From: Callorhinchus milii
Taxonomy: Eukaryota
DNA length: 64,000 nucleotides
Assembly (NCBI RefSeq): GCF_018977255.1
Contig: NW_024704743.1
Coordinates: forward strand, 27,220,001-27,284,000
Direction of reading: 5' to 3'
Position numbers and translations under genes: made by a program. Position 1 is the stretch's first letter, and every line of letters begins with the position of its first letter. The notes below the pieces were generated by a model that worked only from the letters and a program-made list of their open reading frames with translations, did not search any database and was not told the DNA's origin. This document shows positions 39,538 to 51,924 of this stretch, piece after piece.

Positions 39538-40640
39538 TTTTTTTTTGTCAGCCAGGTGTCTGACACATACGGAAAGCCATCACCGTACTTAAGATTATCT
39601 AAACCAAGCTGAGAATTCCATACATCCCACCTACACATGGGAATTCCTAGGCTTGGTCACACCAGAGAGTACGTTGGGATACTGCTGAATTCTAATCAGC
39701 TAAAACCGCATAGCTTGCTATTGGAATCCTATAGCTCAGTGGTTAGAGCACTCGCCTTGCAAGTGAAACACCTGGGTTCAATTCCAGGCAGAGCGAAACC
39801 TTGGGCCAGTTTCCTTTCTCCACACGCCTAATAATAATCCCTCCATAAAACAAAACAATAATAAATTGGCCATTTTCAATCCACAACTGTTTGTGGGATA
39901 TTGCTGTGCGCAATTAGTTGCTGTATTTCTTCCACAAATATACAGTCAATTCACTTTACAGTATATTCTGTGAAGCGCTTTGAGACGTCTAGAAGACGTA
40001 AAAAGCGCTATATCAAATGCAAGGATTATTATTGTTGTTGATATCGCTGTCCCGCAAACTTTCCTGCTGCTTGTCCAGCTAGTAACCTACCTAATAGGGC
40101 TTTGGCTTGCAGGGTTCACAGGAGCTGAGTGGGATGATTCCCTGCCACCAGTGACTGGTCTGCCTAAGTCTTCGGATGAGCCAGGCTGTGCTTGAGCAGC
40201 AGTTGCTTACCTCTCTGCAAATGAATCAAGGTGGATTCCCGGAGTTGAATGGAAGAACACGTTCACAAGCACAGATAATGCCTTCCAGCATCTGTCATCC
40301 CAAATCTCGTCAGCTATCTGACAGACATCTTCCTTCAGTGGGGGGAGGACTTTAAAAGACCACATGTGATATGTCAGCCACCTCGATGTTATCAAGGCCA
40401 AAGTCTGAAGTATCAGGCTTGCTCAGCATCAGCTGCTCAATCCAGGTCCTCATGTGAGGGACCTTGACAAACAGACTGAAGTCGACTCCATCTCCGAGTG
40501 CTCAGTTACAGGTCAGTGTAGCCTGAGCCCTCCCTCCCTGTAGCCGTTTCCCGAGTTTGTCACAAATCCACCTCACTGCTTAATCCTGGAGTTTGCAAGT
40601 GGGCAGGAGGATGCCTCTCTGTTGCATCCCCAGGAACTCA
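39538..40640 (-). mobile_element. Longest copy of the putative RLE-type non-LTR retrotransposon, interrupted by a SINE
   Basis: Poly(T) plus gtcagccaggtgtctgacac at the left end; minus-strand translation AVRWICDKLGKR...LFVKVPHMRTWIEQLMLSKPDTSDFGLDNIEVADIS at about 40360-40590. Confidence 0.65.
39723..40040 (+). mobile_element. tRNA-derived SINE (central deletion), nested
   Basis: ggaatcctatagctcagtggttagagcactcgccttgcaagtg...gggttcaattcc; tail gcgctatatcaaatgcaaggattatt. Confidence 0.92.
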
Positions 40641-40799
40641 GATCCATAGGGGATTTTGTTGTTATTGTTAGTGGTGTGGTGAAAGCTTAAGGTTTCCCAA
40701 TGGCTTCACATAGTCAAAGTAACATGACTAAAAATACGAATTTTGACCTAGTAATATATTATTGTTTCAATTAATTTTTTTCCAAAATCAACAATGTAG

Positions 40800-42045
40800 G
40801 AAACAAAAACAAAAGTCTCTGGGAACCCTCAGTAGATCAGGCAGCATCTATGGAGAAAGGAGAGTGAGTCAACATTTCGGGTCTCTGTGACCCTTTGTCA
40901 GAACAGGAGCACGTTGGGAGCTAGAGGCTTTAAAGGAATAGCAGAGAGGGGGGAGGCAAGGCGATGAAGACAAAGGAAAAAATGAGGTAGAGGACAGGGG
41001 ATGATGGTTAAAGAGGTGTTAATAATACAAAACAAATGGGGGGAATTACAACAAAACAGGCAGACCAGAGAGAGAAAAGATGTGCCTGTGACCCAGATGT
41101 TGTTAATGGTCACAGAGAGGGGGAGGGGGAATGTGAGCTGTTTTGGTCTGAACTTATTGAAATCAATATTGAAGCCAGAGGGCTGAAAGGTCCCTAGCAG
41201 ATAAATGAGGTGCTATTCCTCGAGTTTGCGCTGTGGCTCATTGGAACAGCACAGGAGACCATGGATGGAGAGGTCATAGTGGAGTGGGAGTGAGATTTGA
41301 AGCAGCAAGAAACCGGAAGCTCAGAGTTGTGCTTGCAGACAGGACGGAGGTGTTCAGCAAATCGGGCGCCCAATCTTTGTTTGGTCTCTCCAATATAGAG
41401 GAGACCACAAAATGAGCAACAAATGCAGTAAACTACATTGCTGGTAGTGCACGGAAATTGCTGTCTCACTTGAAAACTGTGTTAGTGGCCCTGGACAGTG
41501 GTATAGGAGGAGGTGAGAGGACAGGTATTGCATCTCCTGCACTGGCATGGGAAGATGCCGGGGGGAGGAGAGTAACTGTTGGCGGTGATGGAGGAATGAA
41601 CCAGGGAGTCACAGAAGGATTGGTCCCTTCAGAATGCTGAGCAGGGAGGCGAGGAAAAAATATGTTTGATGGTTGGATCACATTGGAGCTTCCAGAAATA
41701 GCGGAGAACTACTTGTTGGATGTCGAAGCTGGTGGGATGGAAGCTGAAGATTATGGGGACCCTATCACGGTTCTGAGAAGTGGGCGAAGAAGTGTGGGAA
41801 ATAGGGCAGACACGATCAAAGGTCCGGCCTACTACAGTCGATTGAAATCATCGGTCGAGGAAAAAGTAGGACATTTCAGATGCTCTGGTGTGAAAGATGG
41901 CATCATCAGAGCAGATGCAGCGGAGCGGGAGGAACTGGGAAAAGGGACTGGAATCTTTACAGGAGGTGGGGGGGTGGGGCAGTGGAAGGTCTGAGCGTGG
42001 GAGGAGGTGTAGTCCAGGTAACTGGGAGTCGTCGGGCTTATAAAA
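40800..42045 (-). mobile_element. Penelope-like retroelement, 5'-truncated (RT C-terminus plus GIY-YIG endonuclease)
   Basis: ORF 41194-41469 CTTSNVVYCICCSFCGLLYIGETKQRLGARFAEHLR is a GIY-YIG motif; upstream SYLDYTSSH; the 3' region carries a hammerhead-like motif. Confidence 0.93.
40869..40904 (-). ncRNA. Degenerate minimal hammerhead ribozyme in the Penelope 3' repeat
   Basis: Minus strand CUGACAA-A-GGGUC-acaga-GACCC-GAAA-UGUU: CUGANGA core with one mismatch, 5-bp stem II and GAAA. Confidence 0.65.
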
Positions 42046-44069
42046 GTAACTACAATGCTAGATTTTGTCACTACAATGTAGAATTTCCTTTCTTATTGAA
42101 AGCATTCATTCAAAGCAAGCAATCAGTTCAAAGCAAGTATTCAGATTGCTCCCCTAATAGTGATCCTCTTTCACTTTTGGTTTGCATTGGTGTCAATTTG
42201 TCTTGACCCAGCTTCTTAGTATAAATTCATGAAAAGTTGTCAACTGAGTAAATTTGTGGAAGTAATCATAGATCAATAAGGATGCCCTCATAATATGGAA
42301 GACTTTTAGAGCAACAGCAAGTTGCATTTATGGAGCACCTTGCACATAAAACATTCATCAATGCATTATAAAATATATATCATGATGCTTCACAACTGTG
42401 AACCTCTCGGAACTATTCAGCTCAAGTGTAGTTACTTCCATCTAAACAAATTAATTATTTTGCAAACATGTCATCTTGACTTGAACCAATCCCCAAATGT
42501 GTAGGGGTGGGTGATCTATACAGATGGGTAGATTCATTCTGTTTGTTGTTGATAAGGACATTTGAGTGATAGCTGAATGCCAACAAACAAAATTCTATTT
42601 TCTGCTTCCTGTCTGGGCTTTTGTTTGCTAATTCACTGCTTACAGCAAGTTAGTCCACCAAATGAAAGTATATTTCAGTGGTTGACTGGTTTGACATAAT
42701 TTTTGAAATAACAGGATGACTAAAATTGTTTTAAAGCAGCTCAATTATGTCAAAGCTGCCATACAGATGCTTGCATTGAATCACTCAACCTGGGGTTGCA
42801 TTGGAGAAATACTTATGAAACTCCTTGTAATAATTATAATCACATTTGATATAACACCTTCTCTCAAAGTGCTTCACAGGTTTTACTGGTGAGAATAGTG
42901 ACTGTATTTGAAGGCAAAACATTTTGTATGTTTTCTGTGTATTTTGTGGTGACAAAAGGGAAAACATTTCCTCTAATGAAGGATTGGCAAAATATGGGAT
43001 GTACTGTCCCAAAATGCCATATAGCACAGAATCAATAGGATTAATTTGAATTAGTTTAAAAGGGAGATAGATACTTGGGAAGCAAGGATATAAAGTGATA
43101 TGGAGAAAAGGCAAAACAATAGGATTAAAGTATATGCCATTGCCTAATAAACAGGTGAACAAGCCCAACAGACTGAATTGCACATGCTTGTCCTCATGTT
43201 TCTTGCAATGATCTTTTGTCATTTGTTTGCAATCTTGGGAGGAGTTCACGGTTATGAGGCTGATGATTATCAGCACTGCCTCAAATTAGTCATGAAATTT
43301 CTTTAAGCATAATACTATGTTATTCCCTCCCAAATGCATGTGACTTAAAAGTCTGCTTCACTTATTGTGGCTGAACCTATCAAAAAAAATTGAAATATAA
43401 AAATAATCACGTAAAATCATTGGGTGATGTCATCCTATAAATATTGGACTTTGTTCTTTGGAGTCTGTACCATATTCGAGTTTGTTATCATTTTCCAATA
43501 ATTCATTTACAAACTCAGATTTCTTTGATAGAATATTTTTGCTTATGCTTGCACAATTCAGATGCATAAAATGGTAAATCTCATAGAGTGAAGGCTTAGA
43601 ATTCTTAGAAGCTCTACAAGTCTCATCAGTATCAAACATTTGACCTTACTTTGTATTATGTGATGCAGCTGTAATTATTAGTAAGTAACTAATAGTTTAC
43701 AATTTCCATAAATCAAATGGCGAATGTAAATATACATTGTGAAAACGATTAGAAGAAAGTACAAAATATTAAAATAATATTGACATTTACTGAAATTCAT
43801 AAACTAATTGATCTCTGTTTCCACTTTGAGTTGCACATCCCAATGTGAAGGTTATTTTCATGACTATATTTGAATCTTATGTTGCTAACCCTGTAAAACT
43901 CTAACAAATAGGATAGTCATAGCTGAACAAGCAATTGGAAGTTTGCCAAGCAGAGCTTTCAATGGCAAACTGCAGTTTTATCTGGTTCAACTCCTGCAGT
44001 ACCCAAATGCTCATTCTGATGTCCCTAAGCCCTAATTCTCACCAAAGACAGCACCTAATACTTTCTGAA

Positions 44070-44120
44070 ATTAGGTAAGCATGATGTACTCCCTGTAGGA
44101 AAACATCATGCTTACCTAAT
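44070..44120. repeat. Perfect 18-bp inverted repeat (hairpin)
   Basis: attaggtaagcatgatgt ... acatcatgcttacctaat with a 15-nt spacer. Confidence 0.9.
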
Positions 44121-44519
44121 GCAGGAATATTTCCGTTTATAGGTGGCATAAATATGTAGAATTCTCAGCATAGCTTGGACACTATTAAGCAATTTTCAAT
44201 TTCCAGTATTTTCATAAATCAAGCAGAAAATGAAATGTACCATGTAAACAATTGCATACATTTGAATGTACTATATTAAAATGTTAAAAAAAATGTTTTC
44301 AGTCACTATCTACTTGCCGTGAAGTGGAGTGACTGTATATCTATAGGCAGCCAGTTTGCCTACAACAATGTTTCACAAACAAAAAATGAATGACTTATTT
44401 TAATTTAGAGGTAGTTGTCCACGACACTCGGAGAAACAGACGGATGAGGCCTCATCTTAGCGCTTCACCAAAGGAGGCACTTCTACTGCAGTTCCATTTG
44501 AAGAGAGAGTTTTCATTAC

Positions 44520-44640
44520 ATTCTGTGCAAAAAGAAAATTTTCGTGCACATGTGGAACTCTTAAGTTTGGTTTAGATACTAATATATGGGATGATAGGTT
44601 TCCTTGTGTGTCAGACATCAGCATGACCAAAAAAAGACTG
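44520..44640 (+). mobile_element. Unassigned poly(A) family, extreme 3' end
   Basis: tgtggaactcttaagtttggtttagatact...atgggatgataggtttccttgtgtgtcagacatcagcatgaccaaaaaaa. Confidence 0.7.
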
Positions 44641-45290
44641 TAACCCTCAGTTGTACTGATACACCTTTCACTATTTTGTTTCTTTTCTTAGCTTCAGAGT
44701 TTGAATCTAGTATTTTTTTTATCCCACTTACTTAAACTGCTTTCCTTTGTTATACTTGGCTATTCAGGTGCAATATAGTGAATATGAACAACAGGATATA
44801 TTTGCATCAGAAATATTTGCATTCCCCGAAGCTTATCTTTGAGGCAACTTGCATTGCTAGCTAGTGCCTGTGATATCATTTTCATATGCTGTACAATAGT
44901 ATTCAAAGTACTGTTGGTTGGTGCGGAGGGAATAATTCATTTGGGGCATTTTCCAACTGTGTTTCCCACAGTATACCATGAGAACGCAAGAACTCAGAGA
45001 AACATGTGTTTATTGTTCTCTCAGTTTGCAATCGGAAAGGAAAAATGGCAAGAACCCCTATATAGTTAATCCCCACTAGATAGATATACCTGTATTTCAA
45101 AATAGAAACAATCTGTCAATTGAAACATTACCAAAATGAGTTGGGAAAAATATTTTGGTTTCTTTTGGCTGTGTGGGAAACTGCAGAAAGGATGGATTGC
45201 AAAATGATTATGGGAGGGATTAGCATGAAATTGGGACTACAACAATCTTTTTTATGTTCTCATTTCTTTCAAGGTATTGTAGTTGCTTAT

Positions 45291-45762
45291 GGTCAGAAGG
45301 CAAAAAATATTCCTCTGGTCACGCATTAAGTTTACACTTGCTGTCCTAACATTACAGTATTCAAAGCTCAAAGAGATTGAATATCTTCTTGCTCTTATTC
45401 ATTGCTGTTTTGCCTGTTCCACAGTTTTTATATTCTTATGGTCATAGTGGTGGCTGTTATGTGCATAGGAACTAAAAATAAGATTTTTTTCTTTTTGCTG
45501 ATTTTCTATCATTTAAAATGTTACACCTTATGATATAGAGGTAATTCATTCCCAGTGATTTATTATTATTAATATTGTAATTACTAAGTGTGAATCTGAA
45601 CTTTGGATGTCTAACGGTCATTGTTTATCGGAGTCCAAATAATAATAATAATCATAATCCTTGCATTTGATATAGCGCCTTATCATGTCTGCAGTACTGT
45701 AATGTTAGGACAGCAAGTGTAAACTTATGCGTGACTAGAGGAATATTTTTTGTCTTCTGACC
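45291..45762. repeat. Inverted duplication with ~68-bp arms (45291-45359 and 45695-45762)
   Basis: ggtcagaaggcaaaaaatattcctctggtcacgcattaagtttacacttgctgtcctaacattacagta versus the reverse complement of the right arm; 3 differences seen. Confidence 0.93.
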
Positions 45763-45799
45763 TGTAATGATGGAGAGTCCGGACTCACATGGCTCATTA

Positions 45800-45966
45800 A
45801 TTAATTGATTGACTGACTGACTGACTGACTGACTGACTGACTGACTGACTGACTGACTGACTGACTGACTGACTGACTGACTGACTGACTGACTGACTGA
45901 CTGACTCATTCAGTCATTCATTCATTCATTCATTCATTCATTCATTCATTCATTCATTCATTCATT
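45800..45966. repeat. Compound microsatellite (GACT)n(CATT)n
   Basis: Directly visible in the sequence. Confidence 0.97.
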
Positions 45967-46289
45967 TTATATATGTTTTCATTTTTAGTCTTAGAAAACA
46001 CCCAGAAATTACTTTTCAGAACTGTTGATAGAAGTCAGCCTAAACATTAATGCATATAACCAGTTTTAGAAACATTTGTCTGTTTTCCAAGTTCAATATA
46101 CAGTGCCTAGTTATAACTAGTTCTGCCCAGATTCAAATTGATTTTTATTATCCTGGAAAATTGAGAAAAATGTGAATTGAAATACGACTGGAATCTCAGA
46201 CATTGTGTCCGGTGGGGTGAAAGATGAGCAAGGAGATATTTGAAAACACGCACTTGCACTTGCGGGTCACCATTGGGTACCTTAAACAT

Positions 46290-46520
46290 AATAATAATAA
46301 TAAAATTCCTTGCATCTGATATAGAGCTTGTCAAATCAGGAAAATGTCTTAAAGCACTTCCATGGGTCATACTATAAAGTGGAGGGACAGTAATTGTAGG
46401 TAAACTTGGCAGCCCAGATGTGCACAACAATGTCCCACAAACTGCCATGAAATAAGTGAACAATTTTATTTGGAGAATTTTTGCCCATGGCACCAGGAGA
46501 AACTCCCTTCCCATGCACTT
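46290..46520 (-). mobile_element. SINE 3' fragment
   Basis: (AAT)n, ccttgcatctgatatagagc...caatgtcccacaaactgccatgaa. Confidence 0.7.
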
Positions 46521-46699
46521 TTCCTGAGGCAGGAGAGGTCTCTTTTGGGTCCTCCAAATGTGAAAATTATCACATCTTACAAATTGTACTTTGTACAAAT
46601 CAATTTTTGCTATCTTTTATAACTCTTCTGTTATAAGGCTTTGTTTGATGAAACTTTCATGTTTATTTTGCTAATTTATGGGACAAACAGAAAAAAACA

Positions 46700-47612
46700 G
46701 CACAATGTTACTAAGTTAGGAAAAGTAGTAAACGGTGAGGAGGATAGTAGCAGACTGCAATAGGACATAGACTGATGAAGTGGGCAGACACATGGCAGAT
46801 GAAATTTAACATGGAGAAATGTAAAGTGATGCGTTTTGAGAGGAAGAATGAGGAGAGGTAATATAAGCTGATGGTACAATCTTAAAGGGGGTGAAGGAAC
46901 AGAGAGAGCTGGGGGTGGGTGGGGGGGCCATATAAATAAATCTTTGAAGGTGGTAGGACAGGTAGATAAAGCTGTTAAAAAAGCATATGTGATACTGGCT
47001 TTATAAATAGGGGCATACAAAAGTCAGGAAGTTATGATGAACCTTTATAAAACACTGGTTTGGTCTCAGCTAGAGTACTGTGTTCAGTTCTGGTCACTAG
47101 ACTTTAGGAAGGATGTCAAGGCATTGGAGAGAGTCCAAAAGAGATTTACCAGGATGGTACCAAGAATGAGGCACTTCAGTTATCAGGAAGCTAGGATTAT
47201 TCTCCTTGGAGCAGCGAAGGTTAAGAGGAGACTTAATAGAAGTTTTCAAAATTATGAGGGGATTTGATAGGGTGAACAAGGAGAAACTATTTCCACTGGC
47301 GGGTGGATCGGTAACCCGAGAGCACTGATTTAAAATAGTTGTTAAAAGAAACAGAGGGGAGGTGAGAAGAAACGTTTTCACACAGCGAGTCGTTCGGATC
47401 TGAAATGCATTGCCTGAAAGGGTGGTGGAAGCCAATTTGATAACAACTTTTAAGAGAAGTAGATAATTATTTGGGGAGGGCAAGTGTGTAGGGCTATGGG
47501 GAGATCGTAGGGGAGTGGGATTGATTTGGGTCGCTCTTTTAAAAGAAAACATGATGGGCCAAATGGCCTCCTTCTGTGCTGTATAATTCCATGACTATGA
47601 TTCTATGTATGA
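46700..47612 (+). mobile_element. CR1 LINE, ~0.9 kb 3' part
   Basis: WADTWQMKFN; ORF LYKTLVWSQLEYCVQFWS..DVKALERVQKRFTRM; tail gggccaaatggcctccttctgtgctgtataattccatgactatgattctatg. Confidence 0.95.
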
Positions 47613-48182
47613 AAAATGTTCCCAATCTTTCAGCGGGCAGAGTATGAAATTGAGCCACTAGGATGAGTAAGCTCCCTGTTTGTATAGAGTCAGATAATCT
47701 CAGCCCGGGGCAATGAAAAACAATCCAATACTGGAAACTGTCTATGTGTGTGAGCAGAATTAGACTCAGTTGTGATACCCACCATAGTCCACTAACCTGA
47801 CAACGTTCATTGCCTCTTAGCTTAAAGACCCCTTGGGTGAGGCACAGACAACATATATATAGCTATACCTTAGTAGCATCATCATTACAGAAAAGAAGAA
47901 ACAACAACGTGCATTTGTTTGGCACCCCTCACACAGGGTAGTATCCCAGAGCACTTGACAGTGGCAGAGGCAGAGGGAGGGGGGAGTTGACCGTAGGCAC
48001 AGTCAAAGAGGAAGAGGATGATCAAACGGAGGTAGCAGCTAGTGGGTTGGAGAGTAAACAGGTTGAAGAAGTAGGGAGGTGGCAGGCATGAAATTACATA
48101 TGAAAAAATAAAAAAGCAACGCAAAAATATTTCATTTCCCAAATCACAGTGAAGTTGCAGTCTGTTTTTGTTCATTTAGATT

Positions 48183-48632
48183 AACAACAGCAACAACAAG
48201 ATTATATTTGTATTGCGCCTTTCACGTCAGGAGGACGTCCCAAGGCGTTGAACTGTGTACAGCATTTCAGACCCGAGCCGGGGTCAGGGAGGGAGAAGGG
48301 AGGGGAAGGGAAGGGGGGTGACTGATGGCATAGTCCAAGAGGAAGGCTTTGAGGCGGGAATTGAAGGAGGCTAAGAATGAGGCGAGGCGGAGTGATTGGG
48401 GAATGGAATTCCAGAGGTTGGGGGCAGAGTGGCTGAAGGCTCTCCCGTCAATGGTGGGGCGGGTCAGTCGGGGAACGTGGAGCAGGCCGGAGCCGGCTGA
48501 GCGGAGGGAATGGGCGGGTTGGTAGGGCGTTAGGAGGTTGCAGAGATAGGGTGGGGCGAGGCCATGGAGGACTTTGTAGGTGAGGACTAGGATCTTAAAC
48601 TGGATCCTCTGAAGGATAGGGAGCCAATGGAT
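48183..48632 (-). mobile_element. L2 3' fragment, well preserved
   Basis: ORF HWLPILQRIQFKILVLTYK..APNLWNSIP..; (AAC)n tail. Confidence 0.93.
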
Positions 48633-50099
48633 TAAATCACAGTTGCTCACTATAAATGACAGATCTACATGAGAGCACCCTTATAAACCTTCAAAATCAC
48701 CCAATAAATATAGTATCACATATGTATAATTGGCGTCTAATCTTGTAACTTTGTACTCCACAGATGCCCAAATATATGCTGATAGCAATGGTGCAATGTG
48801 AATTCCACTGCACAGCACTCCAACATGTTAATAACCAGACCTGCTTTTGAGGAGATAGCCTGCTGGCTATAATTTAGGTGAGCATCCGAGTGTCAATGTG
48901 AAGCTCTATAGTGGGAAGGTCAGTACAGTTCAGTTTAATGTCATGTTCCTGGAATAACTGAAGAATGATAGCATTAGAAGCTTGCCAAAGAAATGGAGTT
49001 TAATTTCTTTCATATTTCATTACAAATGGAACTGCCATCATTGCATCTAATTCAAGTTACTTTTATTATTAGAGTTTTTTAAGCAGCCAAAGCTTACTGT
49101 TGAAGTAAAGATTTTGTACTTTTTAATGAACAAACCTTATGTTAGTTATTTTATAGTATGAAACATGTTATATTACGATCACAACTGTATTGCAGTTGTC
49201 TGTATGCTTATTGCTGATAGCACTGATTAAATATGTAATTAAAAGTATTTCAGGTAAAATACCAGGTCACTGTTTGATTTAAAACAAAGAGCAAAATTCA
49301 GTGCAGCACAACACATATGCCACCAGCGCTATATAGTAGAAGAGTGCAGAAGTTAATGTGTTTCTGTACATAGACAAACTTATGGGAATATGCCACTGAA
49401 GAATGCTACGCCTTGTCAAACCACAGTTCCACACCTCAATTCTCTGACCAGTGAGGTCTAAAGCATATTAGAATTGTAGAACGGTAGAAATGAAGGCCAC
49501 AAAAAGAAGGCCATTCGGCCCATCTTGTCTGTGGTAGCACTTTGAACAAGCAATTTTTTCTGTTCGATTTACCTACCTTTTCCTCCAGACCTAAGATGAA
49601 GGTACATGATGAAGGTAAAACTATGATGATTTCTAACAGGATTCTTTAAAAAGGAAACTTGAGTTGGGAATCCTTGTGGTAGCTAGACATACATCATGCC
49701 AACTCATGGAAATTGATCTGAAAGTAGATTACGTAAATTGTGTTTCTTTATTAAGGAATCCCATTAGAAATCAATGCAAAAATCAGGGAAACGGACTTAA
49801 AACTTGCTATGATGTAAATAACTGATGAAAAAGGCTGAATTGGCTACATCAGCTACAACATTTGAAAGCTGGCACAGATATGATTGCTGAATGACCTCTT
49901 TCCGTGCTGTATAATTCTATGATTCTATGACCAAAAATGAAGGGTCCAACTCGTCCCTGACAGTATTTATATTCAACATTAACTTCCACACATCCTTATA
50001 CTACCTCCCTAGCCTCTTCCATCCACAACCCCCCTCCACTCCACCCCATAACCTATTTGCTTCTCTCTCATGTATGTTTCAAGTTTCCTATTACTCGTT

Positions 50100-50350
50100 T
50101 GATGTTGCTCGCTGTCATTGCCATATTCTCATCATGCTCATTGTAAAGAATTTCCTCCCGAACTATCTTTCAGAACCATTTGTGGTTAATTTACATTTAT
50201 AGCCCTTTGCTGTGAATTCACTAGCAAGTGGAAACAATCTATTTATGCTCACCTCATCAAACTCATTCATGATCTTAAACACTTCTATCAGCTCCCCACT
50301 CAATGACCTCACCCTCCAGGGGAAAAAAAAATGACCTAACTTGTCAATGA
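50100..50350 (-). mobile_element. CR1 fragment
   Basis: ORF GELIEVFKIMNEFD...LFP; a further CR1 3' end lies at 50995-51300 (-). Confidence 0.75.
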
Positions 50351-51924
50351 TCAATTCATTTGAAGCATTGTTGGCCAGAACACCAGGAGAAAGGCATCCT
50401 CAACTTCTTACAGTGGCAGTGGAATGGCTTCAAGTACTGCACTGGACTGTGTAGATCTTCCCTTAGTTATGTTGAGCTTCCAACAGTGTGAAGTGTCAGT
50501 ATGTTTGTAAGCGGGGTAGTAAGTAATATAAATTTAACCATGATAACAGAATTTTTATTGCAGTATATAATGTTGCAGAATAGATAGATAAAATTCATAA
50601 AGATTTTTCCGATGGGTTTCATGGAAAAGGCACTATCTCATAAGCATTTTACCTTACAAAGCAATCACATGCTCCAATCCGAGTCTTTGGTCACTTTGGT
50701 TTGGATACTGCATGGGTCAGAACCTGGTCAGGGTGCTGCAATTGGCCTCGGAGCCAATTGGAAAGGGAAAATAATTAACCAGGATTCTAGTTCCTGACTT
50801 CGAGACGTCTCCCAAGAGGAGAGAAGAGGGAAAAAAAAGGCAAAAGGAATCAAAACGTATTCTGGAGGAGAGGCTTGACAGTGAGTGTGGCATTTGGGTG
50901 GGAATCTATGTTATCCATGGAAATGTATCCTCAGTAGGAAGGAAAGAAAGAAGACGAGGGAAAAAAGTTGTTTGATTTATAAAATCATATATATTTATAG
51001 AACAGAAGGAAGCCATTTGGCCCATTGAGTCTGCACCACCTCTCAGAGCAAACTGTTCATTCAAACTCACTGCTCACCTTATCCCCATAACCCTCCGAGG
51101 CTCGACCTTTCATATATTTGTCTATTTCTCTCTTGAAACCCACAATGGACTCTACCTCTCCCACCTTAATTGGCAGAGAATTCCACATCCCAACAACTCT
51201 AAGAAATATTCTCCAAAGCTCTCCTTTTGCTCTTGTAATTATCTAATGTCCCCAAGTCATTGACTCCCCTACCATTAGAAATAGCTTCTCCCTACTTATC
51301 CTGTGAAATATGTCTTAATTTCCTACATATACACAACATTTTGTATGATTAAAATGAAGTTATAACACACAAGTTCAATAATGCAATTCTGTAGATCGTG
51401 ATGGTAGTTTTGAATAATTATCTTCGAAATAATTACATTCCACAGAATATTTCATTACTAAATCTATACTAATACTTCTAATCTTCAATTCCATTCTTAA
51501 GCAGGTATTAATCCATCTTTTTTATATCCAGTGGCTTGGGACGTCCTCATAACATGAAAGGAACTATATAAATGCAAATTTGTACTGTATTGTGTATATA
51601 TAGATAACCTAGCATTAAACGCTTCTGCTGATAATTTAATTTCCACATCTACTACTTTGTGGGGAAAGTGCATCTAATCTCCTGGAGATCATTTGAGATT
51701 TGTTAATTCTGTAAATGTATTCTTAGGTCTGTGCTCACAGTTTTAACCCACTTGTATGTACATTATACATATCATTATTTCAAACCTCTATGAGCTGGAA
51801 TTCCATTGGTTCGTAAAGTTACCAATGGAATTACCCCATTGAGTGTATAGTATAAATGTAAATTCAATAATTTTACCAACCAGAAGAATACTCTGCCGAA
51901 TGGGTTAAAATAGAGTATGATACT

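Noticed and set aside
40207..40420. DIRS RNase H/methyltransferase or tyrosine-recombinase reading (LQTLAL..W, HLDSFA)
   Set aside because: A superficial motif resemblance exists, but poly(A) 3' ends, variable 5' truncation and the PH.RT...KPD...D motif supported by two copies fit an RLE non-LTR element better. Not formally excluded.
43430..43639. 69-aa minus-strand ORF in AT-rich sequence
   Set aside because: No recognisable domain or convincing splice structure; length is compatible with chance.
45652..45909. SQSV-repeat ORF
   Set aside because: It is a translation of the (GACT)n microsatellite.
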